NCBI RefSeq assembly: GCF_001194135.2 | Contig: NC_068988.1 | Location: forward strand, 84,528,531 to 84,592,530 | DNA: 64,000 nucleotides | Source: Octopus bimaculoides | Lineage: Eukaryota | Reading direction: 5' to 3' | Shown here: positions 1 through 14,145 of the stretch, in pieces | Position numbering within the stretch: the first letter of the stretch is position 1 | Layout: each line of letters starts with the position of its first letter | Program-made: the position numbers and the translations under genes | The notes under the pieces: model-generated | Databases searched by the model: none | Told to the model about the DNA's origin: nothing | What the model saw: the letters and a program-made list of their open reading frames with translations, nothing else

Positions 1-96
1 TGCACAATTAGTGTTGCCTCCCTTGAACCATTTACTTTCATTTTATGGGACAAACAAACACACAGATAGACAGAATCTCTCTCTCATATATATATA

Positions 97-1502
97 TCAG
101 GTCATCCCATAAGTTCTCTCCGAATTTGGAATAAAGAAAACAAGTGATCAAATGTTATATTTAATTGAAATTTAATCATCAATGTACTTTCCCTGATTAT
201 CTATGACTTCCTTCCATCCATACAAGCTTTTTAATCCCATCAATGTAAAACTCTTTTAGTTTCAAAGCAAAGAACTCTGAAATGTCAGTTTTGACCTCTT
301 CCTAGCTTGCAAAAGTTATGTCCCCTAAATGATTCTGTAAACTACAAAACAAATGGTAGTCTAAAGGAGCAAGGTCGGGAGAATAAGGTGGATGAGGAAT
401 TTTTCCCAACCAAACTCTTCAATCTTCTGTGATGTGATCTTTGCAGTGTGAGGTCGCACATTGTCCTGATGAAACATCACTCCTTTTCGATTCACTAAAG
501 CGGGTCTTTTTTTCTTCAAAGCTTGGTTCAAACACTCTAATTGCTGAGAGATGACTTGAGCATTGATTGTTGCATTAGGTGGTAACAATTGAAAGTGAAT
601 TACTCCTTTGCAATCCCACCAGATAGAGAGAAGAACCTTTTTCCCATGAAGTTCCTTTCTTGGTTGCGGTTGAGCTTTTTCCCTTTTATCAAGCCACTGT
701 TTANNNNNNNNNNNNNNNNNNNNNNNNNNNNNNNNNNNNNNNNNNNNNNNNNNNNNNNNNNNNNNNNNNNNNNNNNNNNNNNNNNNNNNNNNNNNNNNNN
801 NNNNNNNNNNNNNNNNNNNNNNNNNNNNNNNNNNNNNNNNNNNNNNNNNNNNNNNNNNNNNNNNNNNNNNNNNNNNNNNNNNNNNNNNNNNNNNNNNNNN
901 NNNNNNNNNNNNNNNNNNNNNNNNNNNNNNNNNNNNNNNNNNNNNNNNNNNNNNNNNNNNNNNNNNNNNNNNNNNNNNNNNNNNNNNNNNNNNNNNNNNN
1001 NNNNNNNNNNNNNNNNNNNNNNNNNNNNNNNNNNNNNNNNNNNNNNNNNNNNNNNNNNNNNNNNNNNNNNNNNNNNNNNNNNNNNNNNNNNNNNNNNNNN
1101 NNNNNNNNNNNNNNNNNNNNNNNNNNNNNNNNNNNNNNNNNNNNNNNNNNNNNNNNNNNNNNNNNNNNNNNNNNNNNNNNNNNNNTTCTGCAAGTTCTTT
1201 CATTCAAGCATTCTTTCCCATAAACTGAGTGTATGTTTCGAGTCGTTTCGGCTGCAGAGTTTCCTTTTTTGTACTCATGAAGCATTATGTGCCTCAAATG
1301 CTCTTTGGATACTTCCATGTTAGAAAGGGTTTTAATCAAAGAAATTTTAATTCTGTTATTCTGTAAAATAATATTTGATTAGTTTAAATGTACACAAATG
1401 CATAAAAATAATTTTTAATTCCATTAGACATTCTAAAATACTATTAAATTTCATTTAGTTATAAAAAAGGTAAGGTCAGACAGAACTTATGGGATGACCT
1501 GA
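97..1502 (-). mobile_element. Mariner DNA transposon, full-length footprint, disrupted transposase (about 172-1318)
   Basis: Perfect 21-bp TIRs TCAGGTCATCCCATAAGTTCT (97-117, 1482-1502) with TA on both sides; motifs WWDCKGVIHF, FHQDNVRPHT, HPPYSPDLAP; N gap inside. Confidence 0.93.
705..1186. other. Assembly gap (N run); others near 3643-4187, 7599-7790, 22358-22367, 33867-34152, 39287-39445, 62588-62924
   Basis: Direct reading. Confidence 0.97.
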
Positions 1503-1505
1503 TAT

Positions 1506-3075
1506 ATCATCATCATCATTATTTAATGTCTGCTTTCCATGCTGGCATGGGCTGGATGGTTGGACTGAAGACTGGCAGCATCAGGCTCCAATCTGATCTG
1601 ACAAGTTTCTACATCTGGATGCCCTTCCTAATGCCAACCACTCCAAGAGTGTAGTGGGTGCTTTTTACGTGCTACTAGCTCGGGAGCCAGTAAGGCAGCA
1701 CTGGCATCGACCATATTTGAATGGTGCTTATGTGCTACCGGTTCAGGAGCCAGTCAAGTGGTACTGGCATCGACCATGCTTGAATGGCGCTTTTTATGTG
1801 CCACCAGCATGGGAGCCAGTCTGGCGGCACTGGCATAGACCACGCTCAAATGGTGCTTTTTATGTGCCACCGGCAAGGGTGTGAGTCAGGTAGTATTGGT
1901 ATTGACAACAATTTCACTTGACTCAACAGGTCTTCTCAAGCACAGCATATTGCCCGATGATTGAAGGGTACTCTTAAATGGGCTGGTTATGCAACATTGG
2001 CATAGGCCACAGCTATGATGTCACTTGGTTTGCTGGGTCTTCTCAAGCACAGCATATCTCTAAAGGTTTCAGTTGTTTGTCATTGCCTCTGTGAGGCTCA
2101 ACGTTCGAAGGTTGTGCTTCACCACCTCATCCCAGGTCTTCATGTGTCTATATCTTCCACAGCTTCCCTCCACTGTTAGAGTGTGACAATTCTTCACACG
2201 GCTGTCCTCATCCATTTGTAACACATGACCATACCAGCGCAGTCGTCTCTCTTGCATACCATATCTGATACTTCTTATGTCCAATTTTCTCTCAGGGTAC
2301 TTACACTCTGTCGTGTATGTACACTGACATTACACATCCAGTGGAGCATACTAACTTCATTTCTTTCAAGTCTGTGCATGTCCTCAACAGCCACAGCCCA
2401 TGTTTCACTGCCATGTAGCATGGCTATTCACACTCATGCGTCATATAATCTACTTTTCACTCTGAGAGAGAGGCCCTTTGTTACCAGCAGAGGCAGGAAC
2501 TCACTGAACTTTGCCGAGGCTATTCTTATTCTAGCAGCTACGCTCTCAGAGCATCCACCCATGCTACTGACTTGGTCACCTAGGTAATGAAAGCTATCAA
2601 CTACTAGTTTTTCCCTCTGGCATGTGATGAAAGCTGTTTTCTGCACAGTTTTGGTGTTTATTACTCCTTTGCATTTGCCACGCACAAAAACTATCTTCCC
2701 AGTTAACCTTCCTTTGACATTGCCGCACCTCATATGTGTCCATAGCTTACACTGGGTACATCTGATGGGAGTTTCTTCCTACGCCTTTTCTACGGATCGA
2801 GCAGGACCATCTACCTGAAGGGATTTGTGATTTATCTGTCTTCCTACTTACTAACACTTTGGTTTTTGGTAGATTGACTCTAAAGCCCTTTGATTCTAGT
2901 TAGACCTTGATTCTACACCTGAAACTTCTCTAGTTCTGGTAGTGACTCAGCTATTAGAGCAAGGTCATCAGCATAGAGGAGCTCCTAGGGCATCCTGTCT
3001 TGCATTCTTCTGATATTGCCTGGAGGACTATGATGAATAAGAGGGGCTAAGGACTGATCCTTGGTGGACCCCTAC
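1506..3075 (-). mobile_element. 5'-truncated RTE-clade LINE with 3' UTR and (ATG)n tail
   Basis: Minus-strand RT fragments (VHQGSVLSPLLFIIV, LYADDLALIAES), post-RT fragments (ERRLRWYGHV), ~70-bp tandem units at about 1655-1880, ATC-type tail at 1506. Confidence 0.85.
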
Positions 3076-3084
3076 ACACATAAT

Positions 3085-3245
3085 GGGCTTCATTCATTTT
3101 CTATCTTCCAAATACTAAATCACAAGGCCTTGGTCAGCCAAGGGCTATAGTAGAAGACACTTGCCCAAGTTGCATGCAGTGGGACTGAACCTGAAACCAT
3201 GTGGGTGAGGAAGAAAACTTCTTAACCATAGCTATGCCTGCACCT
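3085..3245 (-). mobile_element. tRNA-derived SINE head
   Basis: Matches recurring motif gctatggttaagaag...ggttcagtcccactgc...ttgggcaagtgtcttctactatagcc seen about 10 times in the window. Confidence 0.75.
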
Positions 3246-3323
3246 TTATACACACAAAGACATATGTACACAGGTGCTTTCCACATGACACTGGCATGGG
3301 TGCTTTTTATGTGACACAAGCTT

Positions 3324-3415
3324 GGATGCTTTTTATGTAGCACCAGCATGGATGCTTTTTATGTAGCACCAGCATGGATGCTTTTTATGTAGCACCAGCA
3401 TGGGTGCTTTTTATG
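3324..3415. repeat. 26-bp tandem repeat (ggatgctttttatgtagcaccagcat), about 3.5 copies
   Basis: Unit starts at 3324, 3350, 3376, 3402. Confidence 0.9.
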
Positions 3416-5879
3416 TGACACAAGCGTGGATACTTTTCATGTGGCACTTGCAAACCTGCAAAACAAGAACTTCTCAAATGACAGTGAGATATCTTTATGT
3501 ATAGATGGCCACAGTTTTACTTGACTTGATGTGTCTTCTCAGGAAGTCTTGGTCCAAGGTCACTAAAATAAGAAGAATAATAAAGCTAAAGTGAAGGATG
3601 AGTATAGTGCCTGTGCTTATTTGGCAAAAAAAAAAAAAAAAAANNNNNNNNNNNNNNNNNNNNNNNNNNNNNNNNNNNNNNNNNNNNNNNNNNNNNNNNN
3701 NNNNNNNNNNNNNNNNNNNNNNNNNNNNNNNNNNNNNNNNNNNNNNNNNNNNNNNNNNNNNNNNNNNNNNNNNNNNNNNNNNNNNNNNNNNNNNNNNNNN
3801 NNNNNNNNNNNNNNNNNNNNNNNNNNNNNNNNNNNNNNNNNNNNNNNNNNNNNNNNNNNNNNNNNNNNNNNNNNNNNNNNNNNNNNNNNNNNNNNNNNNN
3901 NNNNNNNNNNNNNNNNNNNNNNNNNNNNNNNNNNNNNNNNNNNNNNNNNNNNNNNNNNNNNNNNNNNNNNNNNNNNNNNNNNNNNNNNNNNNNNNNNNNN
4001 NNNNNNNNNNNNNNNNNNNNNNNNNNNNNNNNNNNNNNNNNNNNNNNNNNNNNNNNNNNNNNNNNNNNNNNNNNNNNNNNNNNNNNNNNNNNNNNNNNNN
4101 NNNNNNNNNNNNNNNNNNNNNNNNNNNNNNNNNNNNNNNNNNNNNNNNNNNNNNNNNNNNNNNNNNNNNNNNNNNNNNNNNNNNNNNGTGTGTGTGTGTG
4201 TGTGTGTGAAATAAAGTTGAAATATGACCAAACCCTCCAGTTCTATTTTCACTTCTTAACTAGTACTGACTTTTTTTTTTTTTTTGAAACAAACTGAACA
4301 ATTTCTATAATTAACAATTGCTTGTATTAAATACATTTTACAGTTCTGTATTTAAGAAATGTAAATACATTTTCTCTGATGTTTTGTAAATTGATTTTTG
4401 TATTTCTTTCTCTTTTCAGATATATCTGATAGTTTACAACATTCTGATGGCAGATGGGTGCCAAGTCAGTATTTACTTTAAATCTAAGTTTTTCATATTG
4501 ATAATGATTTAAAAAAAATTTTCTTTTGTTTTGAATTGCAAGTTGTACATTTATTAAACAGTGAGTGTTATTTAAAAGTGAATTTGTATTGGAGTAAGAA
4601 AAAGTTGGAAGAAGATTCATAGTATTGTTATTTCTGTTGAGCAAATGTGTAATAATGTTATTTGACATGAAAGGATGCTATTTAATAATGAAACAAAGGT
4701 GCTAAGCATCAAAGGTCTTTAGAGGATGGAGAGAATCAAATATCATCATCATCATCATAATTTTAATGTCCACTCTTCTGTTTGCGTGAGTCAGACAAAA
4801 CTCGACGAGGCAGACTTTTCTTTGGCTGGTTGCTTTTCTTGTTGCCGACTGTCACAGGTTTCCAAGTATGGTTATGTATCTTCTAGTCCTTCAAACACAA
4901 ACAGTTCAATATCCGGACTTGTTTTTATAGAAGGTTGCAGACAGTCATAAATAGAAAAGCTGAAAGGTGGAAACTTTGCTCAAAATATTTTTATCTCAGA
5001 TGTGCAGTTTTGACTTGCTTAAAAGTTAAGAGTACTGTAAGGGAAGTTTATTTCAGTATTAAACTTGTCAATTAATGTGTTACAGGAGATATGACAACAC
5101 AGAAATAATGTGAGCTAGACAACAGTTGTATGGTGAAAGTGCATTATGCTGACTGTATAAGGTACCTGTTGTAAAGAACTAAAACATTATAAAAATGTTG
5201 AGGTTAGATTGCAGTTTGTTGGGTTTTATGAAAGTGATTGTGCAAGATCAAGAAAAGTGACAATATTTTATACTATACATTCATCTAAACCCATGCCAGG
5301 ACAAACAAGCAAATGTCAAAATAATTTCTATCTCAAAAACAAGGCTACAAATGTTTGGTTTAGTGGGTTTGGTTGATTAAATCAATCTCTATTCTACTGG
5401 TCCTTTTTTATTTATTGAGCAGAAAGAAAATGATAAAAATTCAAGTTGTTTCTTTTGAGATTTGAACTCTGATTGTAAATGGACATAACTATAAACTCTA
5501 AGGTGATTTGCCCAATGTTTTGCTGATTTTGCCATTATTATCCTTGAATGTCAAAATAATAATTATGAAGTGACAAGAAAGGATCTTCAAATGTTATGCT
5601 TCACTGAAGAGATGACACGGACCAAGACTTCTGGTAATTTGATGTACTTGAGAAGACACGTCAAGTTAAGTAAAACTGTGGCCATCTATGCATACAGACA
5701 TATCCCTCTGTCATTTGAGAGGTTCTTGTCTTGCAGGCTTGCAGGTACTGGTACCACATGTAAAGTATCCATGCTGGTACCACATAAAAAGCACCCATGT
5801 CAGTGTCACATAAATAGCAACAATGCCAGTATTGTGTGAAAAGCATTTGTGTATGTGTGTGTGCGTGCGCATATAAAGG

Positions 5880-6008
5880 TACTGGTATAGCTATGGTTAA
5901 GAAGTTTGCTTCTCCACCCACATGGTTTCAGGTTCAGTTCCACTGCATGGCAACTTGGGCAGGTGTCTTCTACTATAACCCTGGGCTGACCAAGGCCTTG
6001 TGATTTAG
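5880..6008 (+). mobile_element. tRNA-derived SINE head, cut by the adjacent mariner
   Basis: Same motif family as 3085-3245. Confidence 0.75.
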
Positions 6009-6010
6009 TA

Positions 6011-6922
6011 TTGGGTCATCCCATAAATAATGTAGTTTTTTTAATACTTCTTTATTTTTCAAAATTAAGATCAACAAAGTTCTTTTTAAGCTAAAATATA
6101 CTCTCCTGCATTTTCAACAATGCTCTTCCATCTATATGATAGATTTGCAAGGCCCCTCTTCCAAAATTCATTTGTCCATGATGAAAAATACTTCCCCGAT
6201 ACTGTATTGGCCTCATCTACAGAATCCTTATTTTTTCTGCCCAAATGATTTTGAAGACTGTGGAATAAATGATAATCAGATGGGGCAATGTCCAGCAAAT
6301 ATGGTAGATGGGGCATTGTTTCCCATTCAGACTGCTCTAACCTTTGGAATGTCATCCTCGCTGTATGTGGCCAAGCATTATCCTGATGGAAGAACATCTT
6401 TTGTCTTTAAACCAAAGATGTTTGTTTTTCTTCTAGTGCAGATGTCGATGAATGGTTGAATGACCAAATTCAAACTTCTCTGCAGTTATGATGAGATTTT
6501 GTTCCACCAGGGTTTGCAAGACACCCTTGTCGAGCTCTACAGATCTTCCGGGATGAGGCTTGTCTTCTAAGCTGTAGTTTCCCGCTTGGAATTTCTGGAA
6601 CCATCGTTGCCACCAGCTTACGCTTATTGTCTGATCCCCATATACTGCATTTATATTCCTCGCACTTTCCGTTGCAAAGTTGCCTTTATTGAACACATAA
6701 AACAAAATATGTCAAATATGCTCCTTTGTCACTTCCATTATAGTTTTGAAAAATAACTGTTAAAATGAAATGGCACTCTCCAAAACTTGCACAAAGAATA
6801 AGGGCAAGGTAAAATTACTATCTGCTTTTATAGCAAGTTGATGCAGGTAGTTTATTCCCTCCACCCCCAATTTCTTAGTTCATGCAATTGAAAAAACTGT
6901 GTCAAGATAAAAGACACATTTA
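6011..6922 (-). mobile_element. Mariner relic, internally deleted, one TIR
   Basis: TA then TTGGGTCATCCCATAA (related to the TIR at 97); fragments FHQDNAWPHTA, PYLLDIAPSDYHLF and an N-terminal HTH-like fragment KGNFATESARNINAVYG. Confidence 0.88.
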
Positions 6923-6924
6923 CA

Positions 6925-7075
6925 CATGATGGGTTTCTTTGTTTCTACCTACCAAATCCACTCACAATGCTTTGGTTGGTCTGGACCAATGGTAAAAGAC
7001 ACTTTCCTAAGGTGCCATGCGATTGGACTGAATCTGAAAGTATGTGGTTGGGAGGTAAATTTCTTAACCATAGTG
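6925..7075 (-). mobile_element. tRNA-derived SINE head, degenerate
   Basis: Reverse complement of the recurring SINE head. Confidence 0.65.
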
Positions 7076-7790
7076 CTGTACTTGCATCGAGAGAGAGAAA
7101 GAGAGAATAGAAATGTTTTGATTGTTGAGGTGATGTTGCCTTGGGAGGGCATTGCAGTATTGTATATGAAAGGCCTTAAAATATACAGCAGTGATTTTGG
7201 GAATCATGTGAATGGCAATGTACATTGCTTCCAATAGAGATGGAATATCATGATTTGTAGCCAAAGCCATTATGTCCTACTTATTTTGCTACCATTGGAC
7301 TTAGAAAGATGGTAGATTTGTTTTTTATTGGAGAGGAAAACAGAGGAGTTTCATCATAGCAGAGGTATGTGAAAGAAAGACTAAAACTGAAAGCAAAGAG
7401 TAAATTCTCACCTAGAAGCAAAACAAACTAGCTCACTATATGGCTGGAGTGGTTATAGTTAAATGTGGATTGGTGTGCGTAATAGGAGGGGAGGCACAAG
7501 AGTTCTACAGTGTGGGTTAAAAGAACTTGAATGTTCTTAAGAAGCTTCAATGTTGCTCAGGAGTGATACTGGAAGAAAGTGCAGATTTTTTGTGAAATNN
7601 NNNNNNNNNNNNNNNNNNNNNNNNNNNNNNNNNNNNNNNNNNNNNNNNNNNNNNNNNNNNNNNNNNNNNNNNNNNNNNNNNNNNNNNNNNNNNNNNNNNN
7701 NNNNNNNNNNNNNNNNNNNNNNNNNNNNNNNNNNNNNNNNNNNNNNNNNNNNNNNNNNNNNNNNNNNNNNNNNNNNNNNNNNNNNNNNNN

Positions 7791-7823
<33 letters not shown>

Positions 7824-9699
7824 TATATATATATATAGTTGCCTGCCTGTGCTTCTGAAATAAATAATTTAAAATAAATTAGTCATTCACATATGTGAAA
7901 TGTGAGATATTAAATTTGATGAGTTTCATTTTCAATTCTCATGAGTAAAGAGATTAATAGTTCTTAATGCTGCCTCCAGCGCCATCAGAAGCCTTGCTGT
8001 CTTCACTGATCCCACCACCGTACTAATATTATAGGCATTCCCCCCCCCCCATCATTGATACCACCACCACACTACTACTGTCACTGATACCATCATCACA
8101 AGAAGCATTGCTACCTTCATAGATACTCTCACCACTACTACCATAGGCTTTGCTGCTTTTCTAATACCTCTACCATCACAGCACCTGAGGTATTCCTACA
8201 TTCACTGATGTCACCAGGACATGCATTGTCACTTTTGCTGATACCATCACACACACTAAAGGCATGGGAGTCTCTATGTCAAGGGCTGGCAAAGTGATCA
8301 GTATCAACCCCTGGGTTTTATGTGGCTATCCAGGGGTTGATAAACATCTGAGATAATTTTGAACACTAAAACTAAATCTGGGAGTGTGTGGAAATTTAAA
8401 GCTAAATTTAAACTGATTTCCAGCCAAATATTGATGCACTAACTTGTATTCACTAAACACGTATTTCACACTAATTATTCTGAGCATATCAATATGATAT
8501 GACTGAATATTTGTTCTTTAAGTATTTTCATTAGATTTCTTCAAATATTTCTTATCAAAAAGCAGTAATGGCTCAAAAAAGACCCCAAAATAATTACTGT
8601 TTTTAAGTAAAAAAAATTATTAATTATGCATTATAATTTTATTTTAGAAATTTACATAATTGGGTTAATAAGTTATCTGATTCCCTGCAGGGGTCTGTGA
8701 TATAAGAAGATTGCTGACATCCTGCTCTACAGAGTCACTCTATCTGTGAGAACAGCAATTAAATTCTCTTAAATTATATCTTGAGGGAATTACACATCAA
8801 CCAATATATTGGACCTTATATATAAAAAGACAAGTTGGTCATGGTGAAAAGCCTTTGATCACAGTTTTTCTAAACCAAAACTGATCTGGTGATGAATAAC
8901 ACCATCAGTATTGAAAACCTAACCACTTTCACTGGTTACTGCCACCCCCATAGTTATTGCCAGCTCCACTGGTCCCATCATTACCACCAATTAGTGAGCC
9001 ACTGCCATCAATAAGTAAAATGATGGGCACTCAATCATCATCAACATTAAGATAGTGTTATAAGCACTATCTTTAGGCTTGCCGACTCTGCTGCTAACCT
9101 TAGAGCCACTACTGATATCATTGTTATCATCAATGCTATCATTTATACTGTTGTTCCTGCTGTTGCTGCCCCCTGTTAGGTTACTGGTGTCCTTTTGGTT
9201 TTGCAGTCCTGATTGAAGCATAAACTAGATCTTGTGGGTTGCATAAGGACGGTTATTCCTAAAAACACTATTCATAGTGTAAGCCAAGGTAAATGGATAA
9301 AGAGGTCAATATACATTATTATGATTTATTAATAATATCAGTAATAAAGGAAGGAAAGAATTTTAGGTGTTACCAAAGTTTGTGTGCAGAGATATGTGGG
9401 GAAAAACTCAGCCACATACTGTATGTACTTTACTATTAAGTAAAAGTATGAGAATGAGAACAGAGACAGCAGCTGTCGAAATGAATGAATACAGTTCTTT
9501 TGAAGACTGACACTTTTCTACTCTAGGTGTAAGGCCTGAAATTTTGGGGGAGGGGGCCAGTCGATTAGATCAACTCCAGTACGCAACTGGTACTTAATTT
9601 ATTGACCCTAAAGGGATGGAACATTGCTGGTTTTGCTGTTCTTGGTAATTGTTGAAAAGCTCAGGCCAAATTTTATATATTATATTATATTCATCATCA

Positions 9700-10085
9700 T
9701 CATTTTAATATCCACTTTCCCATGCTTGCTTGGGCCTTCATTGAGACAAATTTTCTACTGCCAGATACCTTTGCTGTCATCAACCCTCACCTGTTTACGA
9801 GCAAGGTGATATTTCCCTTGATTGGACAAGGTTTCACAGGAGATAAGGAACAAATGATGCTACTTGTGTAATAGTAACTCTTGCTTACAACTGTCACATC
9901 ATGTCAAGACAAGGACAGACAGACACACCCAGTTGGCTTCTTTCAGTTTTTGTCTACCAAATCTTTGCACTAGGCTTTGGTCAGCCCAAAGGTCTAGTAG
10001 AAGATGCTTGCCCAAGGTGCCCTACTGTGGGACTGAACCTGAAACTATGTGATTAGGAAGCAAACTTCTTAATCACATAACCATA
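9700..10085 (-). mobile_element. tRNA-derived SINE with RTE-like 3' tail
   Basis: (ATC)n tail near 9700, tttccatgcttg... tail segment, head at about 9940-10085. Confidence 0.65.
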
Positions 10086-11700
10086 TGTGTGTGTGCATGC
10101 AAATGCGAGAGCTTACACTTATATGCACACCACAGCATACACACTCAATTACACATCTGTAAATACATGGAACACAAAGATACATGTCTATGCTGACATC
10201 TCAGCAACCCCTTCCCCCCACACAATAAAGTGCGAAATTAGGTAAATTTAGAATATATAATTATAGGTAAATAGATAAAAAAATATAAAGACATAATCTT
10301 TTATTATTAATGCAATAAGTTTGGGATCAGACAGACTGATATCATTGTTACTTAAGGATTAATAAGGTTCTTTCCCAAGTTGCTGAGCATAAAAGGCTGA
10401 TGGCTGATGAGTTATGAATGCATAGATCTGTGAAATCATGTATGTATGTATGTATTTTTGCTGTGAAATTATGCCTAGTAACCTATGCTGTATTGTCTAT
10501 TAATTATTGCCTGACAATCAGTTTTGTATGCTTGACGTCTTGGAAAGGAGAGATAAATGAAGCCTGATGAATTTTTAAATAATAATGAAACTAGTCAGTT
10601 AAAACCTCATCACACAGTCAAAAAGGCCTTCATGGATATTTAGAACGTATATTCAATGCTGTTTCTTCACAAATAGCTACTCCTTGCTTTTTGCTGTTGC
10701 TTTCAATTCTGCCTAACAGTATTCTGTAATCTTTTACTTAATTCTATACACCATTGAGTCGTAATTATTTGCTTATATTTTAGAGTTATTGCTGCAGTAG
10801 TATGGTAATATTTACCACTTAGTCTCTTGTGTTTCCCTGTTCAACATTCTATTTCAGTTAGTGTATTCTTGGAATCTGATTTCTTTCTGGTGCTTATTCT
10901 TACATATCAACATATTCCTTGTCTTAGTTTGAACTCAGAAACTTTATTTTGTAAATTGAGTTTCATTGTTCTTTTCCATCATACAGGTTCTAAATTTAAT
11001 GTAACCAAAGGAGATATCCCTAATTTACTATGTTATGATTAATCATGTTGAATTACTGAAAACTGGGTTTTTGTATTCACCTTGCCATATTCCTAATGAT
11101 AACACATATTCTCCCCTTCAAGACTCCCTTTATCTTCAGATTTTCATGTTTTATGGTAAAAAAAACATACTTTAGAAATGTTTGACTATGAAGAAATTGC
11201 ACGTGGGAAGTGTTAACCATCTTGATCAACTGACTAACCAACTGAAATGTTTATAAACTAAAAACCTGAAGATGAAATTTAATAAACCAGTTTATTAAAT
11301 TGGGTTAATGTTGTTACTTATAAATAGTCGAAAACATGTAACATTTTTATAAACTCAGTTTGCAACCTGTTTGTGGATCTTGCAAACAATTTAGTTGCAC
11401 TTGTTGGATTAACCATACGCTTGAATGCAGAGAGATTCTGTAGGTATACATTAGGTGATTATCTGTTACATTGGTGAACATACACACCACCTGTTGGCAC
11501 CATCTTCAAAGGATCAAGTTTCTTATTCTATGAGATGGCAAATTAACTTGGTCTTTTATATGGTTGGAGTGGTTATAGTTACATCTGATATGATATACCA
11601 CCTCTGTTGCCAAGAGTACTGTTTATTGTCAGTATATTGATACCTTTCAGCCAGCATGCCCACTCCATATTATCCATTTCTAGGGCTTATAATGTTTTAA

Positions 11701-11920
11701 CCCTTTTGATACCAATCTGCCTGAAACTGCCTCTGGCTCCATAGTACAAATGTCTTGTTTTCAAAAGTTCTGCATTAAAATCTTCCATGAAACCTTAGTC
11801 ACAATTTATGTTTCCAACACTAGCTTAATGATAACTAAGTTACTTTACTAAATCCTTTGTTATATTTAAAATTAATTGAAAGAAACAGAGCATCTGAATA
11901 GAAATATGGTAACAAAAGGG
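11701..11920. mobile_element. piggyBac-type MITE (220 bp)
   Basis: TTAA at 11697-11700; TIR CCCTTTTGATACC versus GGTAACAAAAGGG (12/13 match); TTTAA on the right. Confidence 0.75.
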
Positions 11921-12492
11921 TTTAATTATTTATGTCAAAATCTTGAGCATTGATTTAGAATTATTCATATTCTTAGAATGAATTCTCATCATAAAAGTAG
12001 GGGCTGAGTGAAGAATGAATTATCTGAGCAACAAATGTAATATTTGTAGACTAATTCGATAATGAGATAGCAGGCACTCTAGTGTAATCAGTAATTTGAT
12101 TGCTGGGTGTGCAACAGACAGACTAGTTTGAGTCTTATTAACAGGTGTTATTTTATTAAACCCTCAGCCTTTAATTTATTATACTATTGTTGTAATTTTA
12201 TGTATGGTATTGGATGGAACTTTTTCCAGAGCCATGTTTCACCACTTGTTGCAGTCTCTTGATATTTCTTTTATTAGGTTCAGCATCTTAAGATTGGTCT
12301 ACATCAGTGCTCTACAACCATTTTTCACTTGCGATACACTTATATTATTTTCAAAATTTGGTGGCACACCTGAACTAAAAATATAACTAAAAGTATAGGG
12401 AAAAAGATTATATTCAGGTTACACTGTGGCACACCTAGCATTGTCTCATGGCATGCCTGTGTGTCGCAGCATACCAGTTGTGGAGCACACAA

Positions 12493-12544
<52 letters not shown>
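12493..12544. repeat. (TC)n microsatellite
   Basis: Direct reading. Confidence 0.97.
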
Positions 12545-12548
<4 letters not shown>

Positions 12549-13732
12549 GATCATCTCCTCTTGTCCTGCCTATTCTATTTTGTCTTTTTGACAGAAAGAC
12601 ATGGAATAGGCAGGACAAGAGGTCACAGAATGTGTAATGAAGGAAGTCTGACAAATAAACTAATAATAATGATGAAGCTAAAGTGAAGATCAAATAAATA
12701 GTGCTTGTGTTTTATTGGCAAAAGATGGCCATCCCCAAATATAACAATATTTGATTCAACTCATGATTTCACATCAAGAATCTTGCAAAAGAAATACATA
12801 AATGTACATACATGTATATATGTACGTATGTACATACACACACACTCACATACACTTATGTATAGAAGACACACTCAGACATACATACCCACATATGTAT
12901 GACTCCATATTATGAGTGTAGCTTCTCCATGTATCACTGTTGTTGAAATAGGCACAGAGAGGAATCTCTCAACATTTCTGCCAAAGCAACATTTTGGAGT
13001 ATGAGCACAAATATCAAATTTTGATTAATCTCTCCAGAAAGCATTCTGAAACTAGTCTCAATCTCATTTATCATTCTTGAGCAATCTACCCTTAATATTT
13101 TCTTTAGTTAACAAGAGGCTATGTAGTCCTTCTGGAAACTTTTGTCAGCAGTTCTGAATCCTGATAATTGCTGTTGGATTTTCTTTTTTTTCCTGAAGAG
13201 CTAAAAATTTCACTCTTCTGTCACTTGTACATGTTGTAGTTCCAGGTCTACCAGATTCTCTTATCCATGTAGTAGAACAAGTTTTCTGGTATTGTAGAGA
13301 CATACTCTCTTTATTGAGGCAGAAAAATAGGTGTTCTCTTCTTTAATAGTTTATGTACTCCAGAATATGTTATGCTTGCTCCACAAAGAATAACTTTTGA
13401 TTTTTAATACCGACAATATAATTTTTTTCCCCTCTTTGAAAGCACATCTAAAACACACACACACACACACACACGCACACGGTTATTACCCAAGTTGTAA
13501 TCAGAGCTATTTATACACAACCTTTGATTTAAACATTAAAAGAAAAATACTTGTATGTTTCCACTTGACATTTTAAATACTTTTTCAAACTTTATTATGA
13601 AGAACAATTGAAAACAACTCTATCATTCACTTTTTATACATAATGTTATTGCCATTAACATTGACAAAATTTTTGACTACGCTTGGTATGTGAATCTCCT
13701 TTTGAAACTTCCTGCTTATGGACTCTGTCTCT

Positions 13733-14145
13733 TTTTTACTCTTTTACTCTTTTACTTGTTTCAGTCTTTTGACTGTGGCCATGCTGGAGCACCGCCTTTA
13801 GTCGAGCAAATCGACCCCAGGACTTATTCTTTGGAAGCCTAGTACTTATTCTTTCGGTCTCTTTTGCCGAACCGCTAAGTTACAGGGACATAAACACACC
13901 AGCATCGGTTGTCAAGCGATGTTGGGGGGGGGGACAAGCACAGACATACAAACACATACACACATACATATATATATATACATATATACGACAGGCTTCT
14001 TTCAGTTTCTGTCTACCAAATCCACTCACAAGGCATTGGTCGGCCCGAGGCTATAGTAGAAGACACTTGCCCAAGATGCCACGCAGTGGGACTGAACCCG
14101 GGACCATGTGGTTGGTAAGCAAGCTACTTACCACACAGCCACTCC
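13733..14145 (-). mobile_element. Near full-length tRNA-derived SINE with central microsatellite and (AAAAGAGT)-type tail
   Basis: Head gtaggagtggctgtgtggtaag...ggttcagtcccactgcg (A/B-box-like), body ...gactgaaacaagtaaaagagtaaaagag; CpGs retained. Confidence 0.85.

Noticed and set aside
361-1339. Long ORFs in the track filled with X (also near 3591-4252, 7537-7863, 33671-34330, 39135-39781, 62525-63082)
   Set aside because: They are artefacts of translating N gaps; only the flanking mariner or LINE fragments are real.
1655-1880. Regularly spaced repeats resembling a CRISPR array (also 3324-3415, 16750-16812)
   Set aside because: Units are contiguous tandem copies without unique spacers, in eukaryotic TE context, with no cas genes.
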